From the IMG/VR virus record IMGVR_UViG_3300029305_011445: a stretch of 64,000 nt of DNA; one strand, written 5' to 3'. The DNA is from a virus. Lineage: Duplodnaviria; Heunggongvirae; Uroviricota; Caudoviricetes. The stretch's first letter is position 1; the number at the start of each line of letters is the position of its first letter. A model generated the notes under the pieces. It did not search any database. It saw nothing but the letters and a program-made list of their open reading frames with translations, and was not told the origin of the DNA. The translations under genes were made by a program, and so were the position numbers. Shown one piece after another: positions 8,910 through 18,419 of the stretch.

Positions 8910-10175
8910 TTATCTCTTTGCCTTCCCACAATTGCTACAAAATCTACCTTCATTTTCTGCACCACATTCACAGGTCCATTTAGCTATTGGTGCCGGCTTA
9001 CCACATTCGCTACAATATTTACCTGTATTTGTCGCACCGCATTCACATGACCAAAAGTTCTTTGGTGCTGGCATTGGTTTGCCGCATTCGCTACAGAATT
9101 TACCCGTATTTACATTACCACATTCACATGTCCAACCGTTAGTCGTAGGTGTAGGATTTGTCACAATAGTGTTCTGTGCCGAATTCTGTTCTGCCGGTGT
9201 CATTAGACCGCTTAAACTTCCAAGTGTGCCATTCATAGCATTCATGCCCATACCAACGCCCATGAATCCAGCCATTGCACCACCTTCATTTGATCCGGCG
9301 GCTTTGATACCTTCTGTAATGTTTCTTACAGCCATGCCACGTAATACATTCGGATCGGTACCCATCATAGCACCTTCGTTACGCATATTGATAAGTTTCT
9401 GTGACTCTTCATCGTAAGAAATACTACCGATACCAACGGCCTGAATCTCCATGCCACGCATCTTTGTCCAATCTTCATCCAAGATATTGGCCATGTATTT
9501 ACCAAGTTCTAATGCTTTTGATGACACATGAGAAACTCTTGTCCCATCTGCTGACATCTGATTAATTGCAGACTGTAATGCTTGTAAGAACTCATTGATA
9601 TATTGTTCATTAATTTCTTCGATTTCAACTTTATTTGCGTTTCTTGGAATCACTTCTGCATAAAACTGTAACGGATTCGTAATCTTAATTGAATACGAAC
9701 CATGTGTTCTTAGAAATAGCTCTGCATTATAGAAACTGTCAAAGTAGTTAATCGGATTTCTTGTACCGAATTTGATACCTTTAATTTCCTGCAAATTGAT
9801 ATAGAAAACCTTCTGCATTCTAGGTGTTTCTCCACCAAATTTAATACGATTAAATGCATCTTTTAATGAATCACCAAACTGACCATTAAATAATGATGGC
9901 GTTGATGAATTATCAACCTTGTAATATCCCGGTTCAGCTGTATAGTCAACAATTTTACCACCATCAACAAGCAACATCATTTGATTATCGTAAACATGAA
10001 TCATTGAACCATTTGAAACTGTTACGTCAGTTCCTTTTGTATTTTGTCCTTTTCGAACCAAAACACCATTTGTGAATACGGTTCTTTCACCCATATCGTT
10101 TGGTTCAATTACCTCTAACCAGGTATCGGCAAACGAATCGCCTACTGCGCTTTTAATTGCCTGAATAAGTCCCAT
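8910..10175 (-). CDS. SPFH/band-7 domain protein with four C-terminal zinc-ribbon repeats (YdjI-like)
   Basis: N-terminal SPFH-like domain; C-terminus has four repeats of W(T/S)CECG..N.GK(F/Y)CSECGKP. Confidence 0.7.
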   Translation of the reverse strand: MGLIQAIKSAVGDSFADTWLEVIEPNDMGERTVFTNGVLVRKGQNTKGTDVTVSNGSMIHVYDNQMMLLVDGGKIVDYTAEPGYYKVDNSSTPSLFNGQFGDSLKDAFNRIKFGGETPRMQKVFYINLQEIKGIKFGTRNPINYFDSFYNAELFLRTHGSYSIKITNPLQFYAEVIPRNANKVEIEEINEQYINEFLQALQSAINQMSADGTRVSHVSSKALELGKYMANILDEDWTKMRGMEIQAVGIGSISYDEESQKLINMRNEGAMMGTDPNVLRGMAVRNITEGIKAAGSNEGGAMAGFMGVGMGMNAMNGTLGSLSGLMTPAEQNSAQNTIVTNPTPTTNGWTCECGNVNTGKFCSECGKPMPAPKNFWSCECGATNTGKYCSECGKPAPIAKWTCECGAENEGRFCSNCGKAKR

Positions 10176-10229
10176 TTTATAGTCTCCTTATCTATTTTAT
10201 TTTTATTAAAACAGAATTTTGTTTCAAAA

Positions 10230-10241
10230 ATAAATATGGTG
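10230..10241 (-). promoter_or_regulatory. consensus promoter motif
   Basis: exact copy upstream of 8910..10175. Confidence 0.6.
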
Positions 10242-10307
10242 ATTATTTTTACAAAACAAAAATACTGTAAAAAAGACTTGCAGTCGTGCAAGTCTTTCTG
10301 TTTTGTT

Positions 10308-10718
10308 TTAATAATTAGATTCTGTTTCAGATGCAACAACCGGTTCATATGGAATAAGTTCAAATAATACTTCTGCATCAATTCCATTGATATGAATCAC
10401 TCCTGGCTTTAAATCGTATACAGTATCATTGACTACTGCTACAACTTTTTTGATACTTTTCCATTTGTTTAACAGTCTAATAACATCATATGGATTAGGA
10501 TTCTTTGAAATGCCGCATCCGGAATTACGTACCGGAAATTTATTGCTGCCAGTTACAAGGCACAAACAATTCGGGACTTCTTTTGACATCGTTACATAAG
10601 CTACGGTTCGGTATCGAATACTTTCATTATTTGTAACCTGCATATCGTAACAAATATGACTGTCGCTCCAATCAATGTTTAAAAACTCTTCTCTTGTCAT
10701 AGTTATGACTCCTTTCAT
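10308..10718 (-). CDS. hypothetical protein
   Basis: 136 aa ORF with own promoter motif (10738-10749) and upstream hairpin. Confidence 0.5.
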   Translation of the reverse strand: MKGVITMTREEFLNIDWSDSHICYDMQVTNNESIRYRTVAYVTMSKEVPNCLCLVTGSNKFPVRNSGCGISKNPNPYDVIRLLNKWKSIKKVVAVVNDTVYDLKPGVIHINGIDAEVLFELIPYEPVVASETESNY

Positions 10719-10737
10719 ATATATATTGTTTATGTAT

Positions 10738-10749
10738 AATAAATATGGT
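10738..10749 (-). promoter_or_regulatory. consensus promoter motif
   Basis: exact copy upstream of 10308..10718. Confidence 0.6.
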
Positions 10750-10840
10750 ATCCAACAAATAAAAAAGACTCACAACCATCGTTGCAAGTCTTTTTCTGCT
10801 TTCTCTGTTTCATTAAGTTTGTTCACAGCCACTTAATAAA

Positions 10841-12070
10841 TTAAGCAATTTCTACCAAATATCTGGCAGTTAACTGTTCTTCTTTGTAAACGATAATCTC
10901 ATCGTTACGAAGCATTGTACCTGCATGTGCATGCAAACAAGTAGCTCCTGGACAGGTACTCTGCAGTCTATTCCAATCGAAATTGTAATACTTTGGATCA
11001 AAAGAATACACGTCATAAGGTGTCCCATATGCACATTCATGAAGAATCATGAATCCGCTGTTTGCAGTACCCCTGGTCCAATATGACCCCTGTACCGAAG
11101 TATATCCGATAGATTTTCTTGCACGTGGGGCAAAATAAATACCATATCCAAACATTTTACCAGTGATAACAGCATTTGTTGGACGAAGTACTAAACCTGT
11201 TTTTAAAATATTCCAAACATTCTCGTTCCGGGTTCCATGCCAGAGTAATTTAATATCATTATCTGCCATACCATGGTCTGCAACAAATTTCTGGAACCGC
11301 TCTTCCTGTTTCTTATTAACAATGCGCCAAGCATTTTTGTAACGAGATTCATCTTCACCAAGTTCTTTCTTGATACGTTTGATATCCGCATCAGTAACTG
11401 GTGCGATTTCAATACCGAATGCTTCTAAAATAGTGTAATTATGCTCGTACTCATTTTCATCGATATCGGCTTCTTTGCTAACAATAACAACTTGACCGCG
11501 AAGTGTATCGAGCAATGACTGTTCCTTAGCAATAATATTGTTAAAATTTTCGTTGTCTGAAACAAGATGGTCTCGTACGTTACCCATTCGCCTCGGAATT
11601 ACTGCGTACAATTGCAATAACAAATCATTAAATTCTTTAACAGAGTCTACTTTTAATAAAGATTCGATTAACACCTGAGCCTCATCAATCATAGCCTGCG
11701 TTACCTGATTTGCCTGGACTTTGTAATTTGCAGCAATCACCTTTTTCGCATATGCCTGCAAACGTTCTACAATTTCAGCGATTGCTTTGTCATTAATTGG
11801 TAAATACTCATGATCTTTCTGTTTCACATCAGCAACAACATCAGCAATCAGCTCCGATTTATCTACGTAACCCTTCTTTACTTTGCTACGATAGATACTG
11901 TCCCATTCTCTGATTGGTTTTGTAATTGTGGTACAAGTAGAATCGATTCTGCCGTACTTGATTTCAATCACATCACCTTTCGGAGTCATGTCATAATACT
12001 TATTGTTGTTTTCTGCTGTCACCATTACAAGGTGTACCGGACGTAATTCACGTTCCATTTCTCTTCCCAT
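10841..12070 (-). CDS. poly(ADP-ribose) polymerase homolog (WGR + PARP regulatory + PARP catalytic domain)
   Basis: KLLWHGTRNENVWNILKTGL...GKMFGYGIYFA...DEIIVYK aligns residue-for-residue with the PARP1 active site (LLWHGSR...GKGIYFA...YNEYIVY), so the H-Y-E triad is intact; N-terminal YGRI WGR-like region. Confidence 0.85.
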   Translation of the reverse strand: MGREMERELRPVHLVMVTAENNNKYYDMTPKGDVIEIKYGRIDSTCTTITKPIREWDSIYRSKVKKGYVDKSELIADVVADVKQKDHEYLPINDKAIAEIVERLQAYAKKVIAANYKVQANQVTQAMIDEAQVLIESLLKVDSVKEFNDLLLQLYAVIPRRMGNVRDHLVSDNENFNNIIAKEQSLLDTLRGQVVIVSKEADIDENEYEHNYTILEAFGIEIAPVTDADIKRIKKELGEDESRYKNAWRIVNKKQEERFQKFVADHGMADNDIKLLWHGTRNENVWNILKTGLVLRPTNAVITGKMFGYGIYFAPRARKSIGYTSVQGSYWTRGTANSGFMILHECAYGTPYDVYSFDPKYYNFDWNRLQSTCPGATCLHAHAGTMLRNDEIIVYKEEQLTARYLVEIA

Positions 12071-12106
12071 AGTTTATCTGCTCCTTTCATGGGTTTTGTT
12101 TTGCAG

Positions 12107-12118
12107 AATAAATATGGT
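12107..12118 (-). promoter_or_regulatory. consensus promoter motif
   Basis: exact copy upstream of PARP gene. Confidence 0.6.
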
Positions 12119-12178
12119 ATGAGAGTATTTGAAACAATAAAAAGCCCGGACCATTTCTGATCCGGACCGTCTTTCATT

Positions 12179-13573
12179 TTACGTTGCTTTATTCATTGCA
12201 TTTAACTTCATTGCAACATCATAATAATTGTGATCTTTTTGATTTGCATAAAAATCTAAGATTGCATCAGGAACTTGTCGATCCTGTAAAAATTGAAGAA
12301 TCATATCTTTGATTTCTGACTCTTGTTTGGTTGGATCGAATATGTATGGGATGCGAAGGATGGGAATGCCGTTGTCTTTACAATATTTATTTTTTATACT
12401 GTCTCTATTAACAACTTTTTCAAATGAATATGTTCCAAAATGACGTCTATTTACAAAATGTTGTTCTCCATCATATTCAATAATCAACCTGTCATTTGGT
12501 AAATAAAAGTCAAACGACAAACGTTTTCGATTATTATGTACCACATTAATTGTATACTCAAATTGAAAATCAATATTATTATCTAATAAAAAATTATAGA
12601 TAAACCTTTCGGATTTTGGTGCATTCATATATGGATGTTTTGTTCCTTCAAGTGCTCTATGAGCGACTGTTGTTTCCCACTCTAATATTAAAACTCTATT
12701 TTCAGGATCGGTATATTGAATTCGCCACCATACTTTTTGATTGCTAGACACTGTTACATCTTTTGGTTTTAAATCTCCATTTTTTGTAAGGTGCCACTCT
12801 TTTGCTAAATCAGGTCGAAGCGTCGCTAAATCATTAAAGCCAACCCATACAGCTTGTCCCGTTAAATATGGACAATTTCTATTAAGAATCGTCCTATTCC
12901 CAATCTTAGACTCCCATTCAAAATCAAAATGTTTACCAGTAATTGGATCATCATATGGTAGGTACCACCACACTTTTTGATTCGAACCACATGTTACATC
13001 GCTTGGTTTTAAATTCTCATTCTTTGTAGGGTGCCATTCCATTGCTAAATCAGGACGAAGTGTTGCTAAATCATTAAAGCCAGTCCATACTTCTTTACCT
13101 GAAAGATATGGGCAGCCATTCCCTCGACTTCTATGATTTATTGCAACTTTCCATTCAAAATCAAAGTGCTTACCAGTAATTGGGTCATCATATGGTAAAT
13201 ACCACCATACTTTTTGATTGCTAGACACTGTTACATTTTCAGGTTTTAAATCTCCATTTTTTGTTGGATGCCATTCCATTGCTAAATCAGGGCGAAGTGT
13301 CGCTAAATCATTAAAACCTTTCCACACGGCTTTACCTAAAAGGTATGGACAGCCACTCCCTCGACTTCTATGATTTATTACAGCTTTCCATTCAAAGTCA
13401 AAATGTTTACCGGTAATTGGGTCATCATATGGTAAATACCACCATATCTTTCTACCACTACCCTCTGTTACATCTTCTGGTCTCAAATCACCATTCTTTG
13501 TTGGATGCCACTCTTTTGCCAGTTCTGGATGTGTTTCAGCCAGACTCAACTTTTGGTTCTTTTGCTTTGTCAT
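12179..13573 (-). CDS. zinc-ribbon-repeat protein fused to PD-(D/E)xK nuclease-like domain
   Basis: 3.5 tandem ~78-aa repeats (EWHPTKNGDL...KVWWYLPYDDPITGKHFDFEW...GCPYL.GK.VW.GFNDLATLRPDLA); C-terminal FDFYLPNDRLIIEYDGEQH resembles a PD-(D/E)xK/DUF559-type core. Confidence 0.65.
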   Translation of the reverse strand: MTKQKNQKLSLAETHPELAKEWHPTKNGDLRPEDVTEGSGRKIWWYLPYDDPITGKHFDFEWKAVINHRSRGSGCPYLLGKAVWKGFNDLATLRPDLAMEWHPTKNGDLKPENVTVSSNQKVWWYLPYDDPITGKHFDFEWKVAINHRSRGNGCPYLSGKEVWTGFNDLATLRPDLAMEWHPTKNENLKPSDVTCGSNQKVWWYLPYDDPITGKHFDFEWESKIGNRTILNRNCPYLTGQAVWVGFNDLATLRPDLAKEWHLTKNGDLKPKDVTVSSNQKVWWRIQYTDPENRVLILEWETTVAHRALEGTKHPYMNAPKSERFIYNFLLDNNIDFQFEYTINVVHNNRKRLSFDFYLPNDRLIIEYDGEQHFVNRRHFGTYSFEKVVNRDSIKNKYCKDNGIPILRIPYIFDPTKQESEIKDMILQFLQDRQVPDAILDFYANQKDHNYYDVAMKLNAMNKAT

Positions 13574-13625
13574 TATATATTTCCACCATATCGTATTTAT
13601 CTTGTTTCATTTCTTTTTGTGACAA

Positions 13626-13637
13626 TATAAATATGGT
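13626..13637 (-). promoter_or_regulatory. consensus promoter motif
   Basis: ACCATATTTATA upstream of 12179..13573. Confidence 0.55.
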
Positions 13638-13694
13638 GAAAGAAATCGCAAAACAAAAAAACACGCATCAAACGATACGTGTTTCTTCTTTGTT

Positions 13695-14147
13695 TTAATA
13701 ATGATGTTCCAATTCTCTGTGACTAATGTAGTTGCCATTCAAATCAAAGACATACTCATACTTGGTCCATGATAAATCTTCAGAACCATAAAATGTGGCT
13801 CTAACAATCTTTTTGTCACCTTCTACTTTTACAGAAGTCTCATCAACATCGGTACAATTTAACAAGAAATCAAGAGTGCTCATGCAATTTTGCTGCCACT
13901 TTGCTTTTGAAACAGGTTTTGTTGTTTCCTGCAACTTTTTGATCGCAAGTCTCATCGCCGCATGCCATCTTGTAGCATCATATTCATCTTCCGAATATGT
14001 TTTGCCAGGTGTAGGTGCTACAATGTAATTTTGCGGCAACCAACCTCTTTTGATACCTTCTAAGGTTGTAACAATATCTTCGTTTGACATATTTTCTAAT
14101 GCATCAAGATCTGCTGCATCATATTCTCTTACGGTGTACTCTCTCAT
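13695..14147 (-). CDS. hypothetical protein
   Basis: 150 aa ORF, 12 nt after 14160..14597 (operon). Confidence 0.5.
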   Translation of the reverse strand: MREYTVREYDAADLDALENMSNEDIVTTLEGIKRGWLPQNYIVAPTPGKTYSEDEYDATRWHAAMRLAIKKLQETTKPVSKAKWQQNCMSTLDFLLNCTDVDETSVKVEGDKKIVRATFYGSEDLSWTKYEYVFDLNGNYISHRELEHHY

Positions 14148-14159
14148 TTTGTGTCCCTT

Positions 14160-14597
14160 CTAGCGATTTGCTTTTGCCATAAACTCGTTTAACTCATCTC
14201 TTGTTGCCATTCTCCATGCTTTTACAATATAATGCTGAAATGGCATTCCTACGTTAAATGGTTCGTTAACAAAGTCAATTGCTTCAACATCGTTTGTTAA
14301 CAATACTTTGACCAACACATTTACTGGTGGCAATTCATCTGTAACAGATATCCATGTGTCTGTTTTTTCTGCTTCATTTGGATTGTAAGTTTTTGGCATT
14401 TTGCACCATGCTACTACTCTGTCACCATAATAAGCCCATTCATTGTTTGTGAGTCTATCAATTCCTGTTTCATATTCACCATCCATATTAATGAATGTTA
14501 CCCAGATTTCATCTGACATTAATAAATTGGTATCAACTAATTGCTGCTCCGGGAGTACTCCTGTTGTTACTGGAATCCAGTTTGTTATTGTAATCAT
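14160..14597 (-). CDS. hypothetical protein
   Basis: 145 aa ORF with promoter motif 14673-14684. Confidence 0.5.
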   Translation of the reverse strand: MITITNWIPVTTGVLPEQQLVDTNLLMSDEIWVTFINMDGEYETGIDRLTNNEWAYYGDRVVAWCKMPKTYNPNEAEKTDTWISVTDELPPVNVLVKVLLTNDVEAIDFVNEPFNVGMPFQHYIVKAWRMATRDELNEFMAKANR

Positions 14598-14672
14598 TTT
14601 ATTTCTCCTTTTGAATTAATAGATGTACCTTATTGAACATTAGTAGTTCAATAAGCATGTATTTTGATACGA

Positions 14673-14684
14673 AATAAATATGGG
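14673..14684 (-). promoter_or_regulatory. consensus promoter motif
   Basis: CCCATATTTATT upstream of 14160..14597. Confidence 0.55.
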
Positions 14685-14735
14685 ACGTGAGGAATAAAAA
14701 AATGAGCCACATCACTGTGACTCATTTCTTTTGTG

Positions 14736-16937
14736 TTAATTTTCTCTACTTGCGTAAAATGCTCGACGCAATGTGCAAATGTCATCAAGTTCAAGCTGAC
14801 CACTTGTTTCGTTACGATCTTTCATCCATGCGTAAAATTCCTGTGCAAGCGGAATGTCTAATGACACAGATTTCCCGATACAACCATTTTTGAATACCTG
14901 CTCTGATACTTTTCGCATCTGTTTCCAGAAGTTATAGTAATGAAGCTTTACTTTCACCATAAACCCTGTCGCATCTTCTAATACAAATCCTTCAATCTTT
15001 CGACCGTTAAGTTCATAATCCGGATGCATTACTTCTTTGTACCATTTACGGAACTCTGTCCAACTATTGATTTCAATGGCTTTTTCTTTTGGTGTTAACC
15101 CGAAACGATGTGCTACTGCCACCATATCGTTGTATTCATATTTCTTGAATTCCATCTCATTTGATACGATATCAAGTAAGATAAGCTTGCTTTCTGGATA
15201 TTCAATGATATGCGGATCATGTTCCATATCAACGCATTCAAAAACAAATGTTACATCATTTTCTTTGATGAATGATTTCATTGCTTCAAGTGTATCTGCA
15301 GCAACAGTTTTATGTAACATCTCTCTTACCCATCCGGCATAATCGCCTTCAACTGTTGATTTACTTGCAATAAGTAAGTTGTCACCATATTCATCGTAAC
15401 TAACCATGCCTAAGAATCCATTTTCTTTTACGTAACCAATTAATGGATACTGTAAATTCTTTTCTAACGAACTGAATAATGTTTCAGGACGTTCGTTAAC
15501 ATTAAAGAATTTTTCAAACGAGCGCATGCATACCTTGTTTCTAAAAGTGTCAATGAACAAACCTCTTGCTTTACAAGTCTGTTCGTTCCAAACTTTACCG
15601 TAAAATGCTTTTGATGTAAAATTGAATGATGAAATATTGCCAAACTGTTTCTCCTGTACATATGGATTATTACGTAACATAGTGACAAGTTCTTCAATTG
15701 TTTCAGGAACTTTATCTGTCACAATCTTTTCCTGTTTTGGTTCCACTTTTTTGAATACAGTATTTTTTGTTTCAAATGTATGAATACCATCAGAATCAAC
15801 CTGTACACATCTTAAATTGCCACCAAATTCAACTTCATTTTCCAGGTTGTACATACGTTCATTTGCCTGTACTGGAACACCAGTGATATTTCTATGTCCA
15901 TGAATCTGAGTGACAATACATGGGGCTGTTTCTAAGAATGTTTTCGCCACCTTGTCATAATCACTGTAGCGGCCAACACCATGGATCATCTGATCTGTTG
16001 AAATAAGTGTTAAGTTATCCGGTAATGTGCCCAAACCAGCATGTGTTACAAGGAAATATTTGTTTCCATAATGGTAATATGCACACTGTGCAAGTTTGCG
16101 ATAAAACTGTCTCAAGGTCTTTTTGCTAACACCTGCTTCAAGAAGCTGTGGTTTTGTGTTATTTTCAAACTCTTTTGATTTTGCTTCTTTATCATGTGCA
16201 AACAAATTGAGCCATCTTTCATGATTGCCTTCCAACAATAACACATTTTTACGATCCATGATTGTAAACAAGAATTCTAACACTGCTGCATTTTCAATGC
16301 CGCGATCAATGTAATCGCCAGTAAAAATGTAATATTCATCATCCTTGATGCCACCATTTGCGGCTAAATATTCCTGCAGCACAGAATGACATCCATGTAC
16401 ATCTCCAATATGATGAATCTTTTTGTAATGAGACAAATCAATTGGTTTCATCCAAATCGTATCAAGTTCATCCGGTGCAATGACTTTGATACCGGATGGT
16501 ACCTTTTCCGTTTTGAATCGTTCATACATTCTGTCGATTGCATAGTCTGGTACACGTTTTAACTCTTCTCTGAATACATTTCTACGTTTCACTTCTTCAA
16601 TTGGAAGCGTAGTAAAGTCGACAAGATAAATTCTGTAACGATAATCCTGACACAACTGTTTATATCGTGTTAATTCGGATGTTTTAGAATTTGTTGCATC
16701 AATTACTGTAAATGCACCTTTTTTCATACGGAATTCCAGCATTGAAAAAAGTGTTTCCCATGCAATATCAGAAACTCCCTGATCAATACCCATTGTGCCA
16801 TCGAGTTGCATCATTGGACTATTATACATAAGTCTCAATGTATCAGCACATAATGTATATGGTTCTAATCCATGTTCTTTGATCCAAGTGCTCTTGCCAC
16901 ATCCAGGTGCGCCTCGTAAAATTAATAATGTTCTCAT
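14736..16937 (-). CDS. Pnkp-like polynucleotide kinase-phosphatase-ligase (RNA/DNA end-healing and sealing)
   Basis: N-terminal P-loop GAPGCGKST kinase; central calcineurin-like phosphoesterase motifs GDVHG, GDYIDRG, GNHE; C-terminal adenylyltransferase-like domain with KENG (KxDG-like) motif, as in Clostridium thermocellum Pnkp. Confidence 0.8.
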   Translation of the reverse strand: MRTLLILRGAPGCGKSTWIKEHGLEPYTLCADTLRLMYNSPMMQLDGTMGIDQGVSDIAWETLFSMLEFRMKKGAFTVIDATNSKTSELTRYKQLCQDYRYRIYLVDFTTLPIEEVKRRNVFREELKRVPDYAIDRMYERFKTEKVPSGIKVIAPDELDTIWMKPIDLSHYKKIHHIGDVHGCHSVLQEYLAANGGIKDDEYYIFTGDYIDRGIENAAVLEFLFTIMDRKNVLLLEGNHERWLNLFAHDKEAKSKEFENNTKPQLLEAGVSKKTLRQFYRKLAQCAYYHYGNKYFLVTHAGLGTLPDNLTLISTDQMIHGVGRYSDYDKVAKTFLETAPCIVTQIHGHRNITGVPVQANERMYNLENEVEFGGNLRCVQVDSDGIHTFETKNTVFKKVEPKQEKIVTDKVPETIEELVTMLRNNPYVQEKQFGNISSFNFTSKAFYGKVWNEQTCKARGLFIDTFRNKVCMRSFEKFFNVNERPETLFSSLEKNLQYPLIGYVKENGFLGMVSYDEYGDNLLIASKSTVEGDYAGWVREMLHKTVAADTLEAMKSFIKENDVTFVFECVDMEHDPHIIEYPESKLILLDIVSNEMEFKKYEYNDMVAVAHRFGLTPKEKAIEINSWTEFRKWYKEVMHPDYELNGRKIEGFVLEDATGFMVKVKLHYYNFWKQMRKVSEQVFKNGCIGKSVSLDIPLAQEFYAWMKDRNETSGQLELDDICTLRRAFYASREN

Positions 16938-16978
16938 AATTGTTCTCTCCTTTTTTTTATAATCATTTTTCGATACAG

Positions 16979-16990
16979 AATAAATATGGG
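16979..16990 (-). promoter_or_regulatory. consensus promoter motif
   Basis: CCCATATTTATT upstream of Pnkp gene. Confidence 0.55.
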
Positions 16991-17062
16991 ATGTAAATAT
17001 AGAAACAAAAAAGCTTACACAAATTGCGCAAGCTTTTGGTGTTAAAATTCCGATTTCAAAGG

Positions 17063-17236
17063 CTATTCTTCTTCCTCTTCTAAGATTCTATCTGCATCTC
17101 TATCCAAATCTAAAACCTCATTTGCAACTAAATTTGCAGTAGTTCTATCACAATGAGCAATCATCATAATATGGTTTTCCATAACCGTCATAATATTATT
17201 ATGTGCTGCCTTAAATTCTTCCTTTGTTAATCTCAT
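17063..17236 (-). CDS. 57-aa acidic micro-protein
   Basis: ATG 17236 with GGAGG RBS, promoter motif 17320-17331 upstream; hand translation MRLTKEEFKAAHNNIMTVMENHIMMIAHCDRTTANLVANEVLDLDRDADRILEEEEE; below the 60-aa ORF-track cutoff. Confidence 0.4.
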   Translation of the reverse strand: MRLTKEEFKAAHNNIMTVMENHIMMIAHCDRTTANLVANEVLDLDRDADRILEEEEE

Positions 17237-17319
17237 TTTCTATTCCTCCATTTCTTGATAAAATCCTGATTCAAAGGATTCTTGCTTATCTCCTTTTGAA
17301 TCATATTAATAGTTTCAAT

Positions 17320-17331
17320 AATAAATATGGC
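17320..17331 (-). promoter_or_regulatory. consensus promoter motif
   Basis: GCCATATTTATT upstream of micro-ORF 17063..17236. Confidence 0.5.
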
Positions 17332-17388
17332 ACACGTATTTATAAAAATAAAAAGAGCCACCGTATCAAACAGTGACTCTAGTTCCTT

Positions 17389-18024
17389 TTATGCAGCAAA
17401 GCAAGGCTCTTTTAACCAATCCATATTGATTCCATCAGTACTTGGTACAAGAAGTTCGGCTCCTTTTCCAGCTGCAACCATTTTTGTCATGAGACGGCCT
17501 GGAACCGATTCAGCGCACATTGGATCGCGACTAATTGCGTATTTGCAGAAAGTGAGTAATTCTTCATCGTTCAATTTGAGTTCCTTTAATATAGTGCTCA
17601 TATTTGATCTGTTAGAAAAATAATAAGTTTTTCCTTTTCTGTTGTAACCATCATTGAACTGTTCATTAAAAAGATATACAGCAGTCTGTAAATTTGGAAT
17701 GATAACACCGTCTTCAATTAATAATTTTGTACGATAACAATATGTATCATTTTTCATAAGACCCATAACAACCTTCTTGTCGGTTAAATCCGGTTCAAAT
17801 GATTTACCGGCATCTTCCCAACCATAAATCATTTTCATTGCTTCTTTGAAATTGTCAGCACGACCGGCGTTCATATATCTTGTTTCGATATAAGCATAGC
17901 TACCAGATGGTTTGATAATGGTGTATTTCTGACCGGATGGTGTTGTAATTTTCCAAACGGTCCGGGTTCCACCATCATAACATCCATAGTATCTTGTTGA
18001 TTCGCATTGATAATTTTTTCTCAT
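17389..18024 (-). CDS. hypothetical protein
   Basis: 211 aa ORF with own promoter (18065-18076) and terminator hairpin. Confidence 0.55.
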   Translation of the reverse strand: MRKNYQCESTRYYGCYDGGTRTVWKITTPSGQKYTIIKPSGSYAYIETRYMNAGRADNFKEAMKMIYGWEDAGKSFEPDLTDKKVVMGLMKNDTYCYRTKLLIEDGVIIPNLQTAVYLFNEQFNDGYNRKGKTYYFSNRSNMSTILKELKLNDEELLTFCKYAISRDPMCAESVPGRLMTKMVAAGKGAELLVPSTDGINMDWLKEPCFAA

Positions 18025-18064
18025 AGTTCTTCGTCTCCTTTTCTTTGAATATATTTATTGTATC

Positions 18065-18076
18065 AATAAATATGGG
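18065..18076 (-). promoter_or_regulatory. consensus promoter motif
   Basis: CCCATATTTATT upstream of 17389..18024. Confidence 0.55.
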
Positions 18077-18153
18077 ATACAATATTTGAACAAAAAAAAG
18101 AGCCAATACATAAATGTATCAGCTCAGTTTTAAATTACAATTTAGCTTACTAA

Positions 18154-18405
18154 TCATTTAAGCCAAACTGGTTTGCTAAACCTATCAGTATATGTAATTT
18201 CTGTTACTTCTTCTGAATCAATATCATATGCATCATCCCAATATTTAAGTAAATCTTCTTCCTTTGGTAAATAGCATACAATAGTTACATACTCAACCCC
18301 ATAGGTTGTGCACCACCAAGGCATTTGAATATCTGCCATGTCTATTAATGGTCTATAGTCATCTACGGATTTTGTTTTAAATCTGTATCGCATTAAATTT
18401 CCCAT
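18154..18405 (-). CDS. hypothetical protein
   Basis: 83 aa; third gene of a tight three-gene operon. Confidence 0.45.
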   Translation of the reverse strand: MGNLMRYRFKTKSVDDYRPLIDMADIQMPWWCTTYGVEYVTIVCYLPKEEDLLKYWDDAYDIDSEEVTEITYTDRFSKPVWLK

Positions 18406-18419
18406 ATTACTACCTCTTT

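Noticed and set aside
8932-9417. Antisense ORFs inside long genes (8932..9417, 12741..12980, 20069..20320, 24802..25173, 26364..26705, 31624..31950, 39505..39891, 60640..61101 and others)
   Set aside because: Opposite strand of well-supported genes, with odd Ser/Ala/Leu-rich composition; these are typical shadow ORFs.
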